Shown in pieces: positions 10,744 to 20,902 of a stretch of DNA of 64,000 bases. This DNA comes from an uncultured delta proteobacterium (lineage in GTDB: Bacteria > Myxococcota > UBA727 > VGSZ01). A program made the translations under genes and the position numbers. Under the pieces are notes generated by a model. It was not told the DNA's origin, did no database searches, and saw nothing but the letters and a program-made list of their open reading frames with translations. The stretch is from contig CAVZJB010000018.1 in the NCBI GenBank assembly GCA_963775425.1, positions 64,001 to 128,000 on the forward strand, written 5' to 3'. Every line of letters begins with the position of its first letter. Position 1 is the first letter of the stretch.

Positions 10744-12597
10744 GTGCCCGACGGAAGCGACCCCGACAAGGAGCCCAGGAAGTCCATCCGCGCGCGCATC
10801 GCGGCCGGCGTCGTGGTCTTCAAGCAGGTGCCACGCACCTTCGGGGTGCTGTGGCGGGCGGCGCCCGCGCTGACGGTGGTGCTCGCGGTGTCGACGGCGG
10901 TGCAGGCGCTCATCCCCGCCGGCATCGCGTGGGTGGCCAAGCTCATCATCGACACCGTCGCCGCCGCCGCCCGCGGCGACCTCGCCGCCCGCGGCCACGT
11001 CGTCGACCTCGTCGCGCTGGAGCTGTGCTTCGTCGTCGTCAACATGGCGCTCGGCCGCGGCGCCGAGCTGATGAAGAACCGCATCGGTCAGTCCCTCAAG
11101 CGCCTGCTCGCGCGCGAGGTCCTCGAAAAAGCGCTCGCGCTCGAGGTGCGGCACTTCGAAGACAGCGCGCTGTACGACAAGATGCAGAACGCCAGGCGCG
11201 AGGCCGACGTGCGGCCGCTGCACCTCGTCACCGGCGCGTTCTCCATCGCCCAGAGCACCATCACGCTGGCGAGCTACGCGGCGCTCCTCGTGTCGCTCGC
11301 GCCGTGGAGCCTCGCGGTCCTCGTGGGCGCGGCCATCCCCGGCTTCCTCGCCGAGATGCGCTTCGCCGCGCGTGGCTACCGCGTGCTGTCGTGGCGCGCG
11401 CCGGACTCTCGGCGCCTGAACTACCTCGAGTGGATCCTCACGCGGGACAACACCGTCAAGGAGGTGAAGCTCTTCGGCCTCGGCCCGCTCGTGCTCGGGC
11501 GTTACTTCAAGCTGTTCGACAAGGTCGTCGACGAGGACCACCGGCTGGCGCGCGCCCGCGCCCTGTGGGGCACGCTCCTCGGCGTGGTCGCCGTCGTCGC
11601 CTTCTACGGCTGCTACGCGTGGGTGGCGGGGAGCGCGGCGATGGGCGCGCTCACGCTCGGCGACATGACGCTCTACCTCACGGTGTTTCGCTCGGGGCAG
11701 GCGTCGTTTTCGTCGATCCTCAGCTCGATCGGGTCCATGTACGAGGACGCCTTGTTCATGTCGAACCTGTTTTCGTACCTCGACACCCGGGCGGACGGCG
11801 AGAGGCCGCGCGCGGCGCCGCCGCACCGGTTGCCCGCGGGGCGCCACGGGCTCGAGCTGAAGAACGTGACCTTCCGCTACCCGGGCACGGAGGCGATCGT
11901 CCTCGACGACGTGTCGCTGTCGGTGGCGCCGGGCGAGAAGATCGCGCTCGTGGGCGAAAACGGCTCAGGCAAGACCACGCTGGTGAAGCTGCTGCTGCGG
12001 CTGTACGAGCCGACGTCGGGCGAGATCCTCTACGGCGGCGTCGACATCCGCGACCTCGACGTCCAGGACCTGCGCGCCCGCTTCTCGGCGGTGTTCCAGG
12101 ACTTCGTCCGCTACCAGCTCGCGGTGAAGGAGAACATCGGCGTCGGCGACACGGCGCACCTCACGGAGCTGGACCGCATCGAGCGCGCCGCGGACAAGGG
12201 CGGCGCCGTCCCCGTCGTGAACAAGCTGAAGGGCGGCTTCGACGCGATGCTCGGCGGGTGGTTCGAGGAGGGGCAGGAGCTGTCGGGCGGGCAGTGGCAG
12301 AAGCTGGCGTTGTCGCGCGCGTTCATGCGCGAGGAGGCCGAGGTGTTGGTGCTCGACGAGCCTTCGGCGGCCATCGACGCCCGCGCGGAGGCGGAGCTGT
12401 TCGAGAGGCTGCGCACGCTGGCCGCCGACAAGATCGCGTTTTTGATCTCGCATCGCTTCTCGACGGTGCGCATGGCGGACCGCATCGCCGTCCTCGACCA
12501 GGGGAAGATCGTGGAGCTCGGCAGCCACGACGCGCTCGTCGACCAGGGCGGCGTGTACGCACAGCTCTTCCACCTGCAGGCCAAGGGCTACCGCTAG
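10744..12597 (+). CDS. ABC exporter, fused permease/ATP-binding subunit
   Basis: N-terminal TM segments; Walker A GENGSGKT, signature LSGGQWQK, Walker B LVLDEP, H-loop SHR. Confidence 0.93.
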   Translation: MPDGSDPDKEPRKSIRARIAAGVVVFKQVPRTFGVLWRAAPALTVVLAVSTAVQALIPAGIAWVAKLIIDTVAAAARGDLAARGHVVDLVALELCFVVVNMALGRGAELMKNRIGQSLKRLLAREVLEKALALEVRHFEDSALYDKMQNARREADVRPLHLVTGAFSIAQSTITLASYAALLVSLAPWSLAVLVGAAIPGFLAEMRFAARGYRVLSWRAPDSRRLNYLEWILTRDNTVKEVKLFGLGPLVLGRYFKLFDKVVDEDHRLARARALWGTLLGVVAVVAFYGCYAWVAGSAAMGALTLGDMTLYLTVFRSGQASFSSILSSIGSMYEDALFMSNLFSYLDTRADGERPRAAPPHRLPAGRHGLELKNVTFRYPGTEAIVLDDVSLSVAPGEKIALVGENGSGKTTLVKLLLRLYEPTSGEILYGGVDIRDLDVQDLRARFSAVFQDFVRYQLAVKENIGVGDTAHLTELDRIERAADKGGAVPVVNKLKGGFDAMLGGWFEEGQELSGGQWQKLALSRAFMREEAEVLVLDEPSAAIDARAEAELFERLRTLAADKIAFLISHRFSTVRMADRIAVLDQGKIVELGSHDALVDQGGVYAQLFHLQAKGYR

Positions 12598-12790
12598 CTG
12601 ATATGGAGTGACCGCCTGTCAAGCCACGGACGTCGCGGTGATGTTGTTCGGGGGCTCGTCGTCGTCGGTGGCGAGGTCGCTCGCGGAGTCGGAAGGATGG
12701 ACGAGTCAGGGCGCTTCGACGACGAGTCACGCTGCCGAGCCGCATGACCATGAACCGTCGGGCGGACCGGGCTCTTCCCGCGCGCGCGGC

Positions 12791-13624
12791 CTACACCGGC
12801 GCGCCGTGCCCACCCGCGCGAGGGCATGACGCCCGTCGACGACAGCCGAGCAGGAAGACCAACGTCAGCATCGCGCCGCCGTTCGCCCCCGTGGACGAAC
12901 AACCGCCCAGGTCGGCGTCGCCGAGCTCCACGCAGACGGGGTCGAGCGCCGCCTCGTTGCCGGAGACGTCGACGGCGCCGGCGGTGAAGCACGCGGTGCG
13001 CGGGGCGCCGCCCGTGATGCGGAAGCTCAGCGGCGTGCCGCACGTCGGGCTGCCCCCGCCGAGCGGGAGGAAGCCTTCCTCGCCGCCGTCGACGACCACG
13101 TGGAGCACGAGCCCGTTCGCGTCGCTCGCCCGCGGCAGACAGCCGGTCACCGTGTAGCCCGTCGTCGTCGTGAAGGGCCCCGACGCGCCGGCCACGGGCG
13201 TGGCGCGGAAGCGCTGGCGGCCGTCGGCGCCGAACACCGGCGGGTCGTCGTCGGGGCCGTCGCCCACGGTCCAGGTGAACACGTCGTTGCAGCCGTCGCA
13301 GCTCGGCTGCACCACCACGGCGTCGCCGGGCGCGAGGTCGCCGAGCGCGACGAGCAGCGTGTGGGAAATCGCGGAGCTGTGCTTGTCGACCACGAGGGTC
13401 TCGTGGCTGCCGTCGGCGCGCACGCGGTCGAACGACACGTCGCCGCCGTCGGAGAACGCGAGCAGCCGCGCGTTGGTGGGGATGACGACGTCGCGGGCGG
13501 GCACCGCGGCGTCGGGGCTCGCGTGCAGCACGGGCTGCATCAGGGCGTCGCTGGCGGCGGGGGCGGCGCGAGCGGCCGCGGCGCCGGCGACGACGGTGAG
13601 CAGGGCGAGGGGCACGCGAAACAT
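12791..13624 (-). CDS. Secreted protein with a MYXO-CTERM-like sorting tail
   Basis: ATG at 13624 with signal peptide; tail GGCSSTG-hydrophobic-RRR. Confidence 0.6.
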   Translation of the reverse strand: MFRVPLALLTVVAGAAAARAAPAASDALMQPVLHASPDAAVPARDVVIPTNARLLAFSDGGDVSFDRVRADGSHETLVVDKHSSAISHTLLVALGDLAPGDAVVVQPSCDGCNDVFTWTVGDGPDDDPPVFGADGRQRFRATPVAGASGPFTTTTGYTVTGCLPRASDANGLVLHVVVDGGEEGFLPLGGGSPTCGTPLSFRITGGAPRTACFTAGAVDVSGNEAALDPVCVELGDADLGGCSSTGANGGAMLTLVFLLGCRRRASCPRAGGHGAPV

Positions 13625-13717
13625 GCGCCGCGCCGTGCAGGACCGGGACCAGCCCGCCCCGGGCGGCGCCAAGCGCGAGGACGTCCACGGAAATTCGTGG
13701 GGCTCTATGATTTCCGG

Positions 13718-14170
13718 GTGCCGTCCCCCCGCCCCATCGCGGTCGTCGCCGCCGCGCTCGCCGCCGGCTGTCTTTGCGCGCCGGACACCCCGAGCGCCGT
13801 CCTCGAGCTGCCCGCGCACCCCGCGGTCGAGCACCAGGACGCCGGCCCCGGCGCGCCCGGCGCCACGTGCGCGAGCGGCGACGGCTGCGCCGCCTGCGAG
13901 CTCCTCGACGCCGACTGCCAGGACGGCGCCACCTGCGGCGAGGACGGCCTGTGCACCTCGGGCTGCTTCGAGCCCGACCCCGACTGCAGGCCCGCCCCCG
14001 ACGGGCTGCACTGCGGCGCCGGCGAGGAGTGCGAGAGCGGCACCTGCACCTTCGTCGACGGAGACACGCTGTGCACGCGGCCGTGCGACGCGAGCGGCGC
14101 GTGCCCCGACGGCTTTTCGTGCGTGAGCCCGGCGGACCACGCGCCGCTGTGCCTGCCGTCGCGCTGCTGA
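13718..14170 (+). CDS. Cys-rich lipoprotein
   Basis: LAAGC lipobox followed by dense Cys repeats (CTRPC...CPDGFSC). Confidence 0.6.
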   Translation: MPSPRPIAVVAAALAAGCLCAPDTPSAVLELPAHPAVEHQDAGPGAPGATCASGDGCAACELLDADCQDGATCGEDGLCTSGCFEPDPDCRPAPDGLHCGAGEECESGTCTFVDGDTLCTRPCDASGACPDGFSCVSPADHAPLCLPSRC

Positions 14171-14195
14171 CGGCCGCTCCCTCCGGTCGCTGATC
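14171..14195. repeat. REP-like intergenic repeat CGGCCGCTCCCTCCGGTCGC(TGATC)
   Basis: Near-identical copies at 25616-25635, 25637-25656, 25680-25699 and 42297-42316. Confidence 0.6.
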
Positions 14196-14359
14196 ACACC
14201 CGTGAGATCGATCGCGGCGCCGCCGGTCCCTCGAGGCCGGCACGCACAACGTTCAGGGCCTTGAAACTTCTTGGCTTTTCCGCCATCCTCCCCAGGATGT
14301 AGGCAACCGGCGCCCCGTTCAGCCGATATCCGGGACACACCGTTTTCGAGGGGTTCAAC

Positions 14360-14857
14360 ATGTCTCTGGACGTCGTCACCAAGAAGATCGAGGTGATCAC
14401 CAGGAAAGAGGTGATCAAGGAAGCCGACATCCAGGAGGTCATCACCGCCGCCGAGCGCTCCCAGAAGGGGCGCCAGGACGGGGTGTCGAACGCAGAGGGC
14501 CGCGCCGTCGCCGACCTCTTCCTCCGCGCCAAAACGGGCGCGCCGTCGCCCAGGCTCGCCACGCCCAAGCTCGAGGACGGCGCCGTCAGCAAGCTCAACG
14601 CGTTCTTCATGGCCCACCACCTGCCCTACGGGGACAACAAGGGCCCGATGAAGGACCGCATCCTCGCGGCGCTCCACAAGCGCGACGACGACCTGGGCGA
14701 AGCCCTGGCGCGCCCGCCGCGCACCGGCAGCCTCCAACCGCTGCGCTTGTCCGCCAAGGGCGAGCCCCAGAAGGACGCCTACGTCGACGTCGTCAAGAAG
14801 CAGTTCATCGTGAAGCTCGACGGCCGGTTCTACGGGCCCTTCGGCCTCGACGACTGA
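14360..14857 (+). CDS. Hypothetical protein
   Basis: GAGGG RBS, host-like codon bias, 165 aa; no recognised motif. Confidence 0.7.
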   Translation: MSLDVVTKKIEVITRKEVIKEADIQEVITAAERSQKGRQDGVSNAEGRAVADLFLRAKTGAPSPRLATPKLEDGAVSKLNAFFMAHHLPYGDNKGPMKDRILAALHKRDDDLGEALARPPRTGSLQPLRLSAKGEPQKDAYVDVVKKQFIVKLDGRFYGPFGLDD

Positions 14858-15873
14858 ATCACGGCGTAGCGCCCACTCACCATCCAGTCCGCGTCCGCCG
14901 GCGGACGCTCGATGCCGAGCGCCACCTCCGCCTTGAGCGTGCGCAGCGCGACCACGGGCGCGGGGAAGTCGACGACGCTCGCGAAGGGCGTGTCCACGGG
15001 CCACGGCGCGTCGCCGACGAGCCTGCGATAATTGGCGTCGCCTTTGACGACGACGGCGTCGAACGAGGCGAGGGCGTCCGTGAGGTCGGCGGGCATGTCG
15101 CGGCGAGAGAGGAAGCCGCTCGACGTCATGTAGGGGTGCGCGAGGAGCTCGCGCGCGGGCAGGCCGAGGGCGGCGCGGGTGCGCTCGACGTCGGCGGGCG
15201 TGGCGTCCGACACGAAGAACGGGTGCGCCTTGGCGAAGAGCACCGCCCCGAGCGTGTCGGCGAGCAGCAGGTCGAAGCACAGCTCGGTGCCGGCGTTGTC
15301 GAGGAGGATCGCCGTGCGCCCGCCGAGGAGCTCCACGGCCGCGGCGGTGTCGTCGACGAGGAGGTCGCCGGCGTCGCCGCGGTCGCCGTGGGCGAGGCCG
15401 GCGGTGTAGCTGAGGTCCGCGCGGTTCCCCCACAGCGCGGCGTGCAGCAGCGCGGGAAGGGGCGGGCGCGCGTCGACGAGGGGGCGGGCGCGGGGCAGGG
15501 CGCGCCGCTCCTCGGAGAGCTTGACGGCGAGGAAGGGGTCCTCGCCCGTCTCGAAGAAGCGCACGGCCTCGAGCACGCGCCGGTAGAAGAAGCTCTCGGC
15601 GAAGTACCAGGGGACGTCGAGCCAGCTCTTGCCCACGTGCGGCGCGCACGCGACGTCCCAGGCGGCGCGGTCGGGCGTCTCCTCGAGGAGCCCGCGCAGC
15701 CGGCCACCCGTGAGCTCCGCGCGCAAGGCGGCGCAGCGGGCGCGGATGTCTTCGTGGAAGGAAGGGTTCTGCGCGACGGTGTCGTCGAGGATCTTGGGGA
15801 CGCGCACCGCCAACGTGCGGTGCGCGAACGATCCGGCGTCGCCGGTGGACCACGGCCTCACGCCGCCGCCCAT
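14830..15873 (-). CDS. Damage-control phosphatase, ARMT1/DUF89 family
   Basis: LWGNRADLS, LDNAGTEL, PFFVSD, KGDANYRRL and LRTLK motifs. Confidence 0.88.
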   Translation of the reverse strand: MGGGVRPWSTGDAGSFAHRTLAVRVPKILDDTVAQNPSFHEDIRARCAALRAELTGGRLRGLLEETPDRAAWDVACAPHVGKSWLDVPWYFAESFFYRRVLEAVRFFETGEDPFLAVKLSEERRALPRARPLVDARPPLPALLHAALWGNRADLSYTAGLAHGDRGDAGDLLVDDTAAAVELLGGRTAILLDNAGTELCFDLLLADTLGAVLFAKAHPFFVSDATPADVERTRAALGLPARELLAHPYMTSSGFLSRRDMPADLTDALASFDAVVVKGDANYRRLVGDAPWPVDTPFASVVDFPAPVVALRTLKAEVALGIERPPADADWMVSGRYAVIQSSRPKGP

Positions 15874-15968
15874 GGGCCCGCCGGCGCGGCGCCCCGGAGC
15901 GAACGGGGCGGGCGACGCCGGACGGTGCCGAGCATGGGGATCACGACGCTGCGATCACGACGCTGCGA

Positions 15969-16541
15969 TCACGACGCCGGGGGCATCAACACCGCGTCGA
16001 CGACGTGGATGACGCCGTTGGTCGCGGTGAGGTCGGCCTGGGTGACGTGCGCGCCGCCCACTTCGACCTTGCCGTCCTTGGCGCTCACCGCGAGGTCGGC
16101 GCCGCCGAGCGTCTTCTCGGTGGTGGCCGTGCTCAGGTCGGCGGCCATGAGCTTCCCGTCGACGACGTGGTAGTTGAGGATCTTGAGGAGCTCGGCCTGG
16201 CCCGCGTCGGTCATCAGCTCGGCGCGCTTCTCCTCCGGGAGCTTGTTGAACGCCTCGTCCGTGGGGGCGAACAGCGTGTACGGCCCGGCGCCCTCGAGCG
16301 TCTTGTCGAGGCCCGCCTTCGACAACATCGCCGTGAGCTGCGTGAAGCCCTTGTACGCGGCGAGCTGGTACACGTCCTTCGGCGCGTCGTCGGCGGCCTT
16401 CTTGGTCTCCGTCGCCGCGGTCTTCTCGGCGCTGGCGACCTCCTTGTCGGAGACGCCGGCGGTCTTGGCGAGGTTCTTTGCTTGCGCGCAGCCAACGACG
16501 GTGAACAGGGCCGCAGCCATCATCAAGGTCTTCGATGTCAT
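15969..16541 (-). CDS. Fasciclin (FAS1) domain lipoprotein
   Basis: GGAG RBS before ATG 16541; VVGC lipobox; YTLFAPTDEAF, YHVV and NGVIHVVDAVL. Confidence 0.92.
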   Translation of the reverse strand: MTSKTLMMAAALFTVVGCAQAKNLAKTAGVSDKEVASAEKTAATETKKAADDAPKDVYQLAAYKGFTQLTAMLSKAGLDKTLEGAGPYTLFAPTDEAFNKLPEEKRAELMTDAGQAELLKILNYHVVDGKLMAADLSTATTEKTLGGADLAVSAKDGKVEVGGAHVTQADLTATNGVIHVVDAVLMPPAS

Positions 16542-16574
16542 GGTTTCTCCTCTTGAAGGGAGCGCCGGGATAAC

Positions 16575-17030
16575 ATGAAACCCGAGGCAGTCGTGAAGCT
16601 CATCGAGATAGATGCCGGTGACGCGGACGCTCGTGCGGAGCTCGTTCGCTTCGTGAACGCGCACTACAACAGCGAGCTCCCCGTCGACGAAGGGGCGTTC
16701 GGCCACACCACCTTCTTCTGGGCCCACGACGACGACGGCGGGCGCGTGGGCTGCACCGGCTATGTCAGAAAAACCGCCTTCCTCGCCGAGAGCGTGAAGA
16801 CCGTCATCGACCCCGCCCACCGCGGCCGCGGCCTCGGCGCCGCCGTCTCCAAGGCCATCGAGGACGAGGCGCGCCGCCGGGGCTTCAAGAAGCTCATGAC
16901 CACCATCCTCGTCGACAACCTGCCGATGCTCTTCATCAAGATGAGGCAGGGCTTCCTCATCGAGGGGATGCACCGCGACCACGAAAAGCCCGGCCTGCAC
17001 GAGTACTCGCTCGGCAAGATGCTGGTCTGA
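16575..17030 (+). CDS. GNAT-family N-acetyltransferase
   Basis: Motif A IDPAHRGRGLG. Confidence 0.8.
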   Translation: MKPEAVVKLIEIDAGDADARAELVRFVNAHYNSELPVDEGAFGHTTFFWAHDDDGGRVGCTGYVRKTAFLAESVKTVIDPAHRGRGLGAAVSKAIEDEARRRGFKKLMTTILVDNLPMLFIKMRQGFLIEGMHRDHEKPGLHEYSLGKMLV

Positions 17031-17049
17031 AGGGCGCGCGGGCTGCGGT

Positions 17050-17997
17050 CTAGGCGCGCGCGTGAGCGGAGCGCGCGACGAGGTCGGCCGCCGCCTCGGG
17101 CCAGGTGGGGAAGTGGAACGAAAAGCCGGCGTCGACGAGGCGGCCGGGGACCACGCGACGGCTCTTCAACAACAGCTCGGTCTCGCTGCGCATGAAGAAC
17201 GCGCCGAGCGAGAGCATCCAGCGCGACGCGGGGAGGCCGATGGGGACGTTCCACGCGGCGCGCAGCGCGAGGTTGAAGTCGCGCTGGGGCAGGGGCGTCG
17301 GGGACGCCAGGTTCACCGGGCCGGACAGCTCCTCGTGCGCGACGAGGAAGTCCACGGCGCGGACGACGTCGACGTCGTGGATCCAGCTCACGTATTGGGC
17401 GCCGCCCGCAGCGGCGCCCCCGAGGCCAAAGCGCGTGAGCCGCGACATGACGTCGAAGATGCCGCCGGCGTCGGGGCTCATCACCATCGTCGCGCGCAGC
17501 GCCACCTTGCGCGTCGACGGTGTCGGCGCGTCCGAGAGCGCCTGCTCCCACGCCTTGGCGACCGCCACGCTGCGCGTCCACTTCTGCGGCGCGCCCCGCG
17601 CGCGCTCGGCGTCGCTGCCGCCGATCTCCCCGTGCTCCTCGTCGTTGTCGGCGTCGAAGCGGTGCGCGTAGATCGTCGCCGTCGACATCTGCAGCCACAG
17701 CCGCGGCGGCGCCTTCGCCTGCGCCACCGCCTCGCCGACCACGCGCGTCGAGTCCACGCGCGACGACATCATCTGCCGCAGGTTCTCCGCCGTGTAGCGA
17801 CAGTTCACCGTGCGCCCGGCGAGGTTCACGACGAGGTCGGCGCCGTCGAGCGCGTCGGCCCACGGCCCGAGCGAGCGCCCGTCCCACGCCGGGCTCGTGC
17901 GGCGCCCGATGACGACGACGTCGTGGCCGGCGGCGCGCCAGTGCCGCTCGAGCATGCGGCCGAGCTGCCCGGTGCCCCCGGTGAGGACGGCCTTCAC
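17050..17997 (-). CDS. TIGR01777-like NAD-dependent epimerase/oxidoreductase
   Basis: TGGTGQLG, VNLAG, SWIHDVD and KSRRVVPGRL..GF.F.FP. Confidence 0.88.
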   Translation of the reverse strand: MKAVLTGGTGQLGRMLERHWRAAGHDVVVIGRRTSPAWDGRSLGPWADALDGADLVVNLAGRTVNCRYTAENLRQMMSSRVDSTRVVGEAVAQAKAPPRLWLQMSTATIYAHRFDADNDEEHGEIGGSDAERARGAPQKWTRSVAVAKAWEQALSDAPTPSTRKVALRATMVMSPDAGGIFDVMSRLTRFGLGGAAAGGAQYVSWIHDVDVVRAVDFLVAHEELSGPVNLASPTPLPQRDFNLALRAAWNVPIGLPASRWMLSLGAFFMRSETELLLKSRRVVPGRLVDAGFSFHFPTWPEAAADLVARSAHARA

Positions 17998-18007
17998 GGC
18001 TCCACCG

Positions 18008-19024
18008 TCATGGGTTGTCCAGGAGCAGGACGTCTTCGCCCTCGAAGCGCACGCCCACCGTGCCGACGACGACGGCGCCCCGTGCTTGCGACAGCGCCAC
18101 CGCCGACACCAGCACCGCGCCCTTGGGCGTGGCGACCAGGCGCGCCCGCGTGGGCGTGGCGACGTCGTCATCGACGGCGGGGCCGAGCCAGAGTGCTTCG
18201 CCGACCGCGAGCCGTTCGGCGCGGCGGCCCTGGTCGCGAAAGCGCACGGTCAGCCCGCCGGCGCGCTCGAGGCGTGGCACGAAGCGCACCGTGAGCGTCG
18301 TCGCCGCGATGTTGCCGCTGCCGGCGACGTCGATGCGGGTGCCGTTCGTGAGCGCCTTGGGGGCGCCGGGCCGGAGCGCGGCGGCGCCGATGCGCACGTG
18401 TCCCTCGGCGTAGACGTCGGCCACGGTGAACCCGTCGCCCTGGCGGCGAAAGCGGAGCTGGCGCTGCGGCATCGGCAGCTTCAGCGCCGCGTCCCGCAGG
18501 CTGCCGACGAGCGCCTCGTCGCCGCGCACGCGCAGCGACGCCGCGGGCATCTGCGCGTGCGGCGCACGCTCGATGACGAGGTCGTGGCCGGCCGCGGTCT
18601 TCGGCCATTGCAACACCGGCGCCCCCGACGACGGCGCGAGCGCGCCGATCTTTGCGAGCGCCACCACCCGCGCGGCGGCCGCGCTGCCGGCCACTGCGTC
18701 GAGCGGCTTGCCTGCCACCGACAAGCGGCCGCGCGCATCGACGAGGACGGCGAGGTCACGCACCGGCTCGCCGCCGGGGACGTCGAGCCCGAGCAGCGCC
18801 TCGTGGGCCTCGGACCCGACGACGAGGTCCTCGTTCAACAGCTCGCCGAGGTGCTCCGCCAACGTCCGCCCATCGAGCTTCGTCCACGCGGACGCGCCGC
18901 GCAGCTCCCAGAGCGCGCCGATGCGCAGGTCGAGGTCGGCGCCGGGATCGAAGGCCGCGCGGTGCTTTTCGAGGTCGACGGCGCGGGGCGCGACGGGAGC
19001 ACGCTGGGCGCGCGGATAGACCAT
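18008..19024 (-). CDS. Hypothetical protein, possibly with degenerate FHA-like beta-sandwich domains
   Basis: Starts 8 nt after the dnaN stop; beta-rich segments (LTNGTRIDV, FEGEDVLLL); no intact FHA signature. Confidence 0.5.
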   Translation of the reverse strand: MVYPRAQRAPVAPRAVDLEKHRAAFDPGADLDLRIGALWELRGASAWTKLDGRTLAEHLGELLNEDLVVGSEAHEALLGLDVPGGEPVRDLAVLVDARGRLSVAGKPLDAVAGSAAAARVVALAKIGALAPSSGAPVLQWPKTAAGHDLVIERAPHAQMPAASLRVRGDEALVGSLRDAALKLPMPQRQLRFRRQGDGFTVADVYAEGHVRIGAAALRPGAPKALTNGTRIDVAGSGNIAATTLTVRFVPRLERAGGLTVRFRDQGRRAERLAVGEALWLGPAVDDDVATPTRARLVATPKGAVLVSAVALSQARGAVVVGTVGVRFEGEDVLLLDNP

Positions 19025-19031
19025 CAGCGGG

Positions 19032-20174
19032 TCACAGACGCATCGGCATCACGACGCACAGGTGGCGCGGCTCGTCGACACCGACCAACAAGCCGGGCGA
19101 GAGGTTGTCGATGAGCTTCAAGAGCACGTTTTTGTCGTCGAGCGACTGCAGCGCCTCGAGGAGGTAGCGCGCGTTGAACGCGACCTCGATGGGCTGACCG
19201 GCGTACTCGACGGGGACGTCGTCGCTGATGTCGCCGGCGTCGGGGTTGGTGCACGACACGACGAGCTGATCCTTGTTGAGCGCGAGCTTGACCGGCTGCA
19301 TGCGGTCCGACGCGAGGACACTCACGCGCTTCAAGCTGTCGGCGAGGTCCTGGCGCGCGATGCGCACGATCTTGTCGGCGAGCTTGGGGATGACCTGCTT
19401 GTAGTCCGGGAACTGCCCGTCGACGAGGCGCATGCCGAGGAGCGTGAGCCCGCGGCGCAACACAGCGTGGTTGTCCTTGAAGCCGAGCTCCACGGTCTTG
19501 TCGCCGTCCTTCTCCGCGGCGGCGTCGCCGAGGATGCGGCGCAGCTCGCCGAGGCCCTTGCGCGGCAGGATGACCGGCGCCTTGAGGTTGAACTGGCTCG
19601 CGCCCTCGAAGGTGCGCTCAATCCGCACGAGGCGGTGGCCGTCGGTGGCGACCATGGTGAGCGGGCCCTCGGCGGTCGACGGCGGCTCGAAGAGCACGCC
19701 GTTGAGGTTGTAGCGGGTCTCGTCCTGCGACGCCGCGTAGAGGGTCTTGTCGACCATGTCGAGCAGCAGCGTGGTGTCGAGGGAGACGAAGCTGGCCTCG
19801 TTGTACGGCGGCAGCGACGGGAACTCGTCCGCCGACAACGCCAACAGCCGCGCGCGCGTGCGCCCGCTCTTCACCTCGACGTGCTGGTTGGGCAAGCGCT
19901 TGAGCGTGACGTCGGGCCCGGGGAGCTCGCGCACCATGTCGGCGAGCGCGCGGGCCGGGATGGTGACCGCGCCCGGCGCGATGACCTCGCACGCGCGCTC
20001 GGTGCGCACGCCGACGTCGAGGTCGGTGGCGGCCAGCGTGAGGCGCCCGCCCTCTCGCGCGCTCGCGTCGAGCAGCACGTGCGAAAGGATGGGCATGGTG
20101 TTCTTGCGCTGGACGACGCCCTGCGCGAGCGCCAGGGCGCGCGACAGCTCGGCGACGGGAATCCGAAGCTCCAT
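19032..20174 (-). CDS. dnaN: DNA polymerase III beta sliding clamp
   Basis: NTMPILSHVL, ATDGHRL, DGQFPDY, AFNARYLLE and C-terminal VVMPMRL. Confidence 0.97.
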   Translation of the reverse strand: MELRIPVAELSRALALAQGVVQRKNTMPILSHVLLDASAREGGRLTLAATDLDVGVRTERACEVIAPGAVTIPARALADMVRELPGPDVTLKRLPNQHVEVKSGRTRARLLALSADEFPSLPPYNEASFVSLDTTLLLDMVDKTLYAASQDETRYNLNGVLFEPPSTAEGPLTMVATDGHRLVRIERTFEGASQFNLKAPVILPRKGLGELRRILGDAAAEKDGDKTVELGFKDNHAVLRRGLTLLGMRLVDGQFPDYKQVIPKLADKIVRIARQDLADSLKRVSVLASDRMQPVKLALNKDQLVVSCTNPDAGDISDDVPVEYAGQPIEVAFNARYLLEALQSLDDKNVLLKLIDNLSPGLLVGVDEPRHLCVVMPMRL

Positions 20175-20668
20175 GGAGTTACTCCTCGACGGAGACAGCC
20201 TCTAGCGGAGCTTTGCGCGCGGCGCAAAGAGGATCGATCCAAGGTTTCAATTGAAGAGTCATCTCCGATCAGCCCTGGGGAATCCGGGGGAAGTCGGGCT
20301 CTGCGTCGACGGCGGGTGGAGGGAGGGCGGGGAAAGGCTTGGGGCGGGGGCCTTGCTCCCCCGGGGAAAAAAAGACCGATCGATTGCTCCCCGGCGCCTC
20401 CCCGGCCGTCGCTGTGGCGAATGGGGAGAGCCGCGCTTTCCCCAGGCGGGCTGTGGAGAGGCAGATCGTCAAAAACACGCGAGAAAGAGCGCGATGCCCG
20501 GGGGCTTCCCCCAAGCATCGGACATCGTCCTACACCTCTTCGTTTCGGCGGCCGGCCTCCCCCGAACCCTGGATCGACGGGCTTGGCGGCCGGACGCGGG
20601 TGAGCGGCTGGCACCGGCGTTGCCTTGGGGCCAGGCACGCCCCACGGGGCGAAACCATGGAGACAGAC

Positions 20669-20902
20669 ATGAGCGACAAGAAGATGAAGCACCTGTGGAT
20701 GGTCGAGGACTACCCGCAGCGGGGGGAGCGGCCGGCGGGCAGCTACTGGACGAAGATCGGCGTCGCCTTCGAAAACCGCGACGGCTCCTGGAGCCTCGAT
20801 CTGAAGGCGTTCCCGCTCAACGGCAGGTTGCAGATGCGCGACCCGGCGCCGCCGCGCGAGCTCGCTCCGGACACGGGCAAGGGCGTCGAGGCGACGGCGT
20901 GA
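20669..20902 (+). CDS. Small hypothetical protein (77 aa, beta-rich)
   Basis: GGAG RBS before ATG 20669; YWTKIGVAFENRDGS motif; stop overlaps the next start. Confidence 0.7.
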   Translation: MSDKKMKHLWMVEDYPQRGERPAGSYWTKIGVAFENRDGSWSLDLKAFPLNGRLQMRDPAPPRELAPDTGKGVEATA

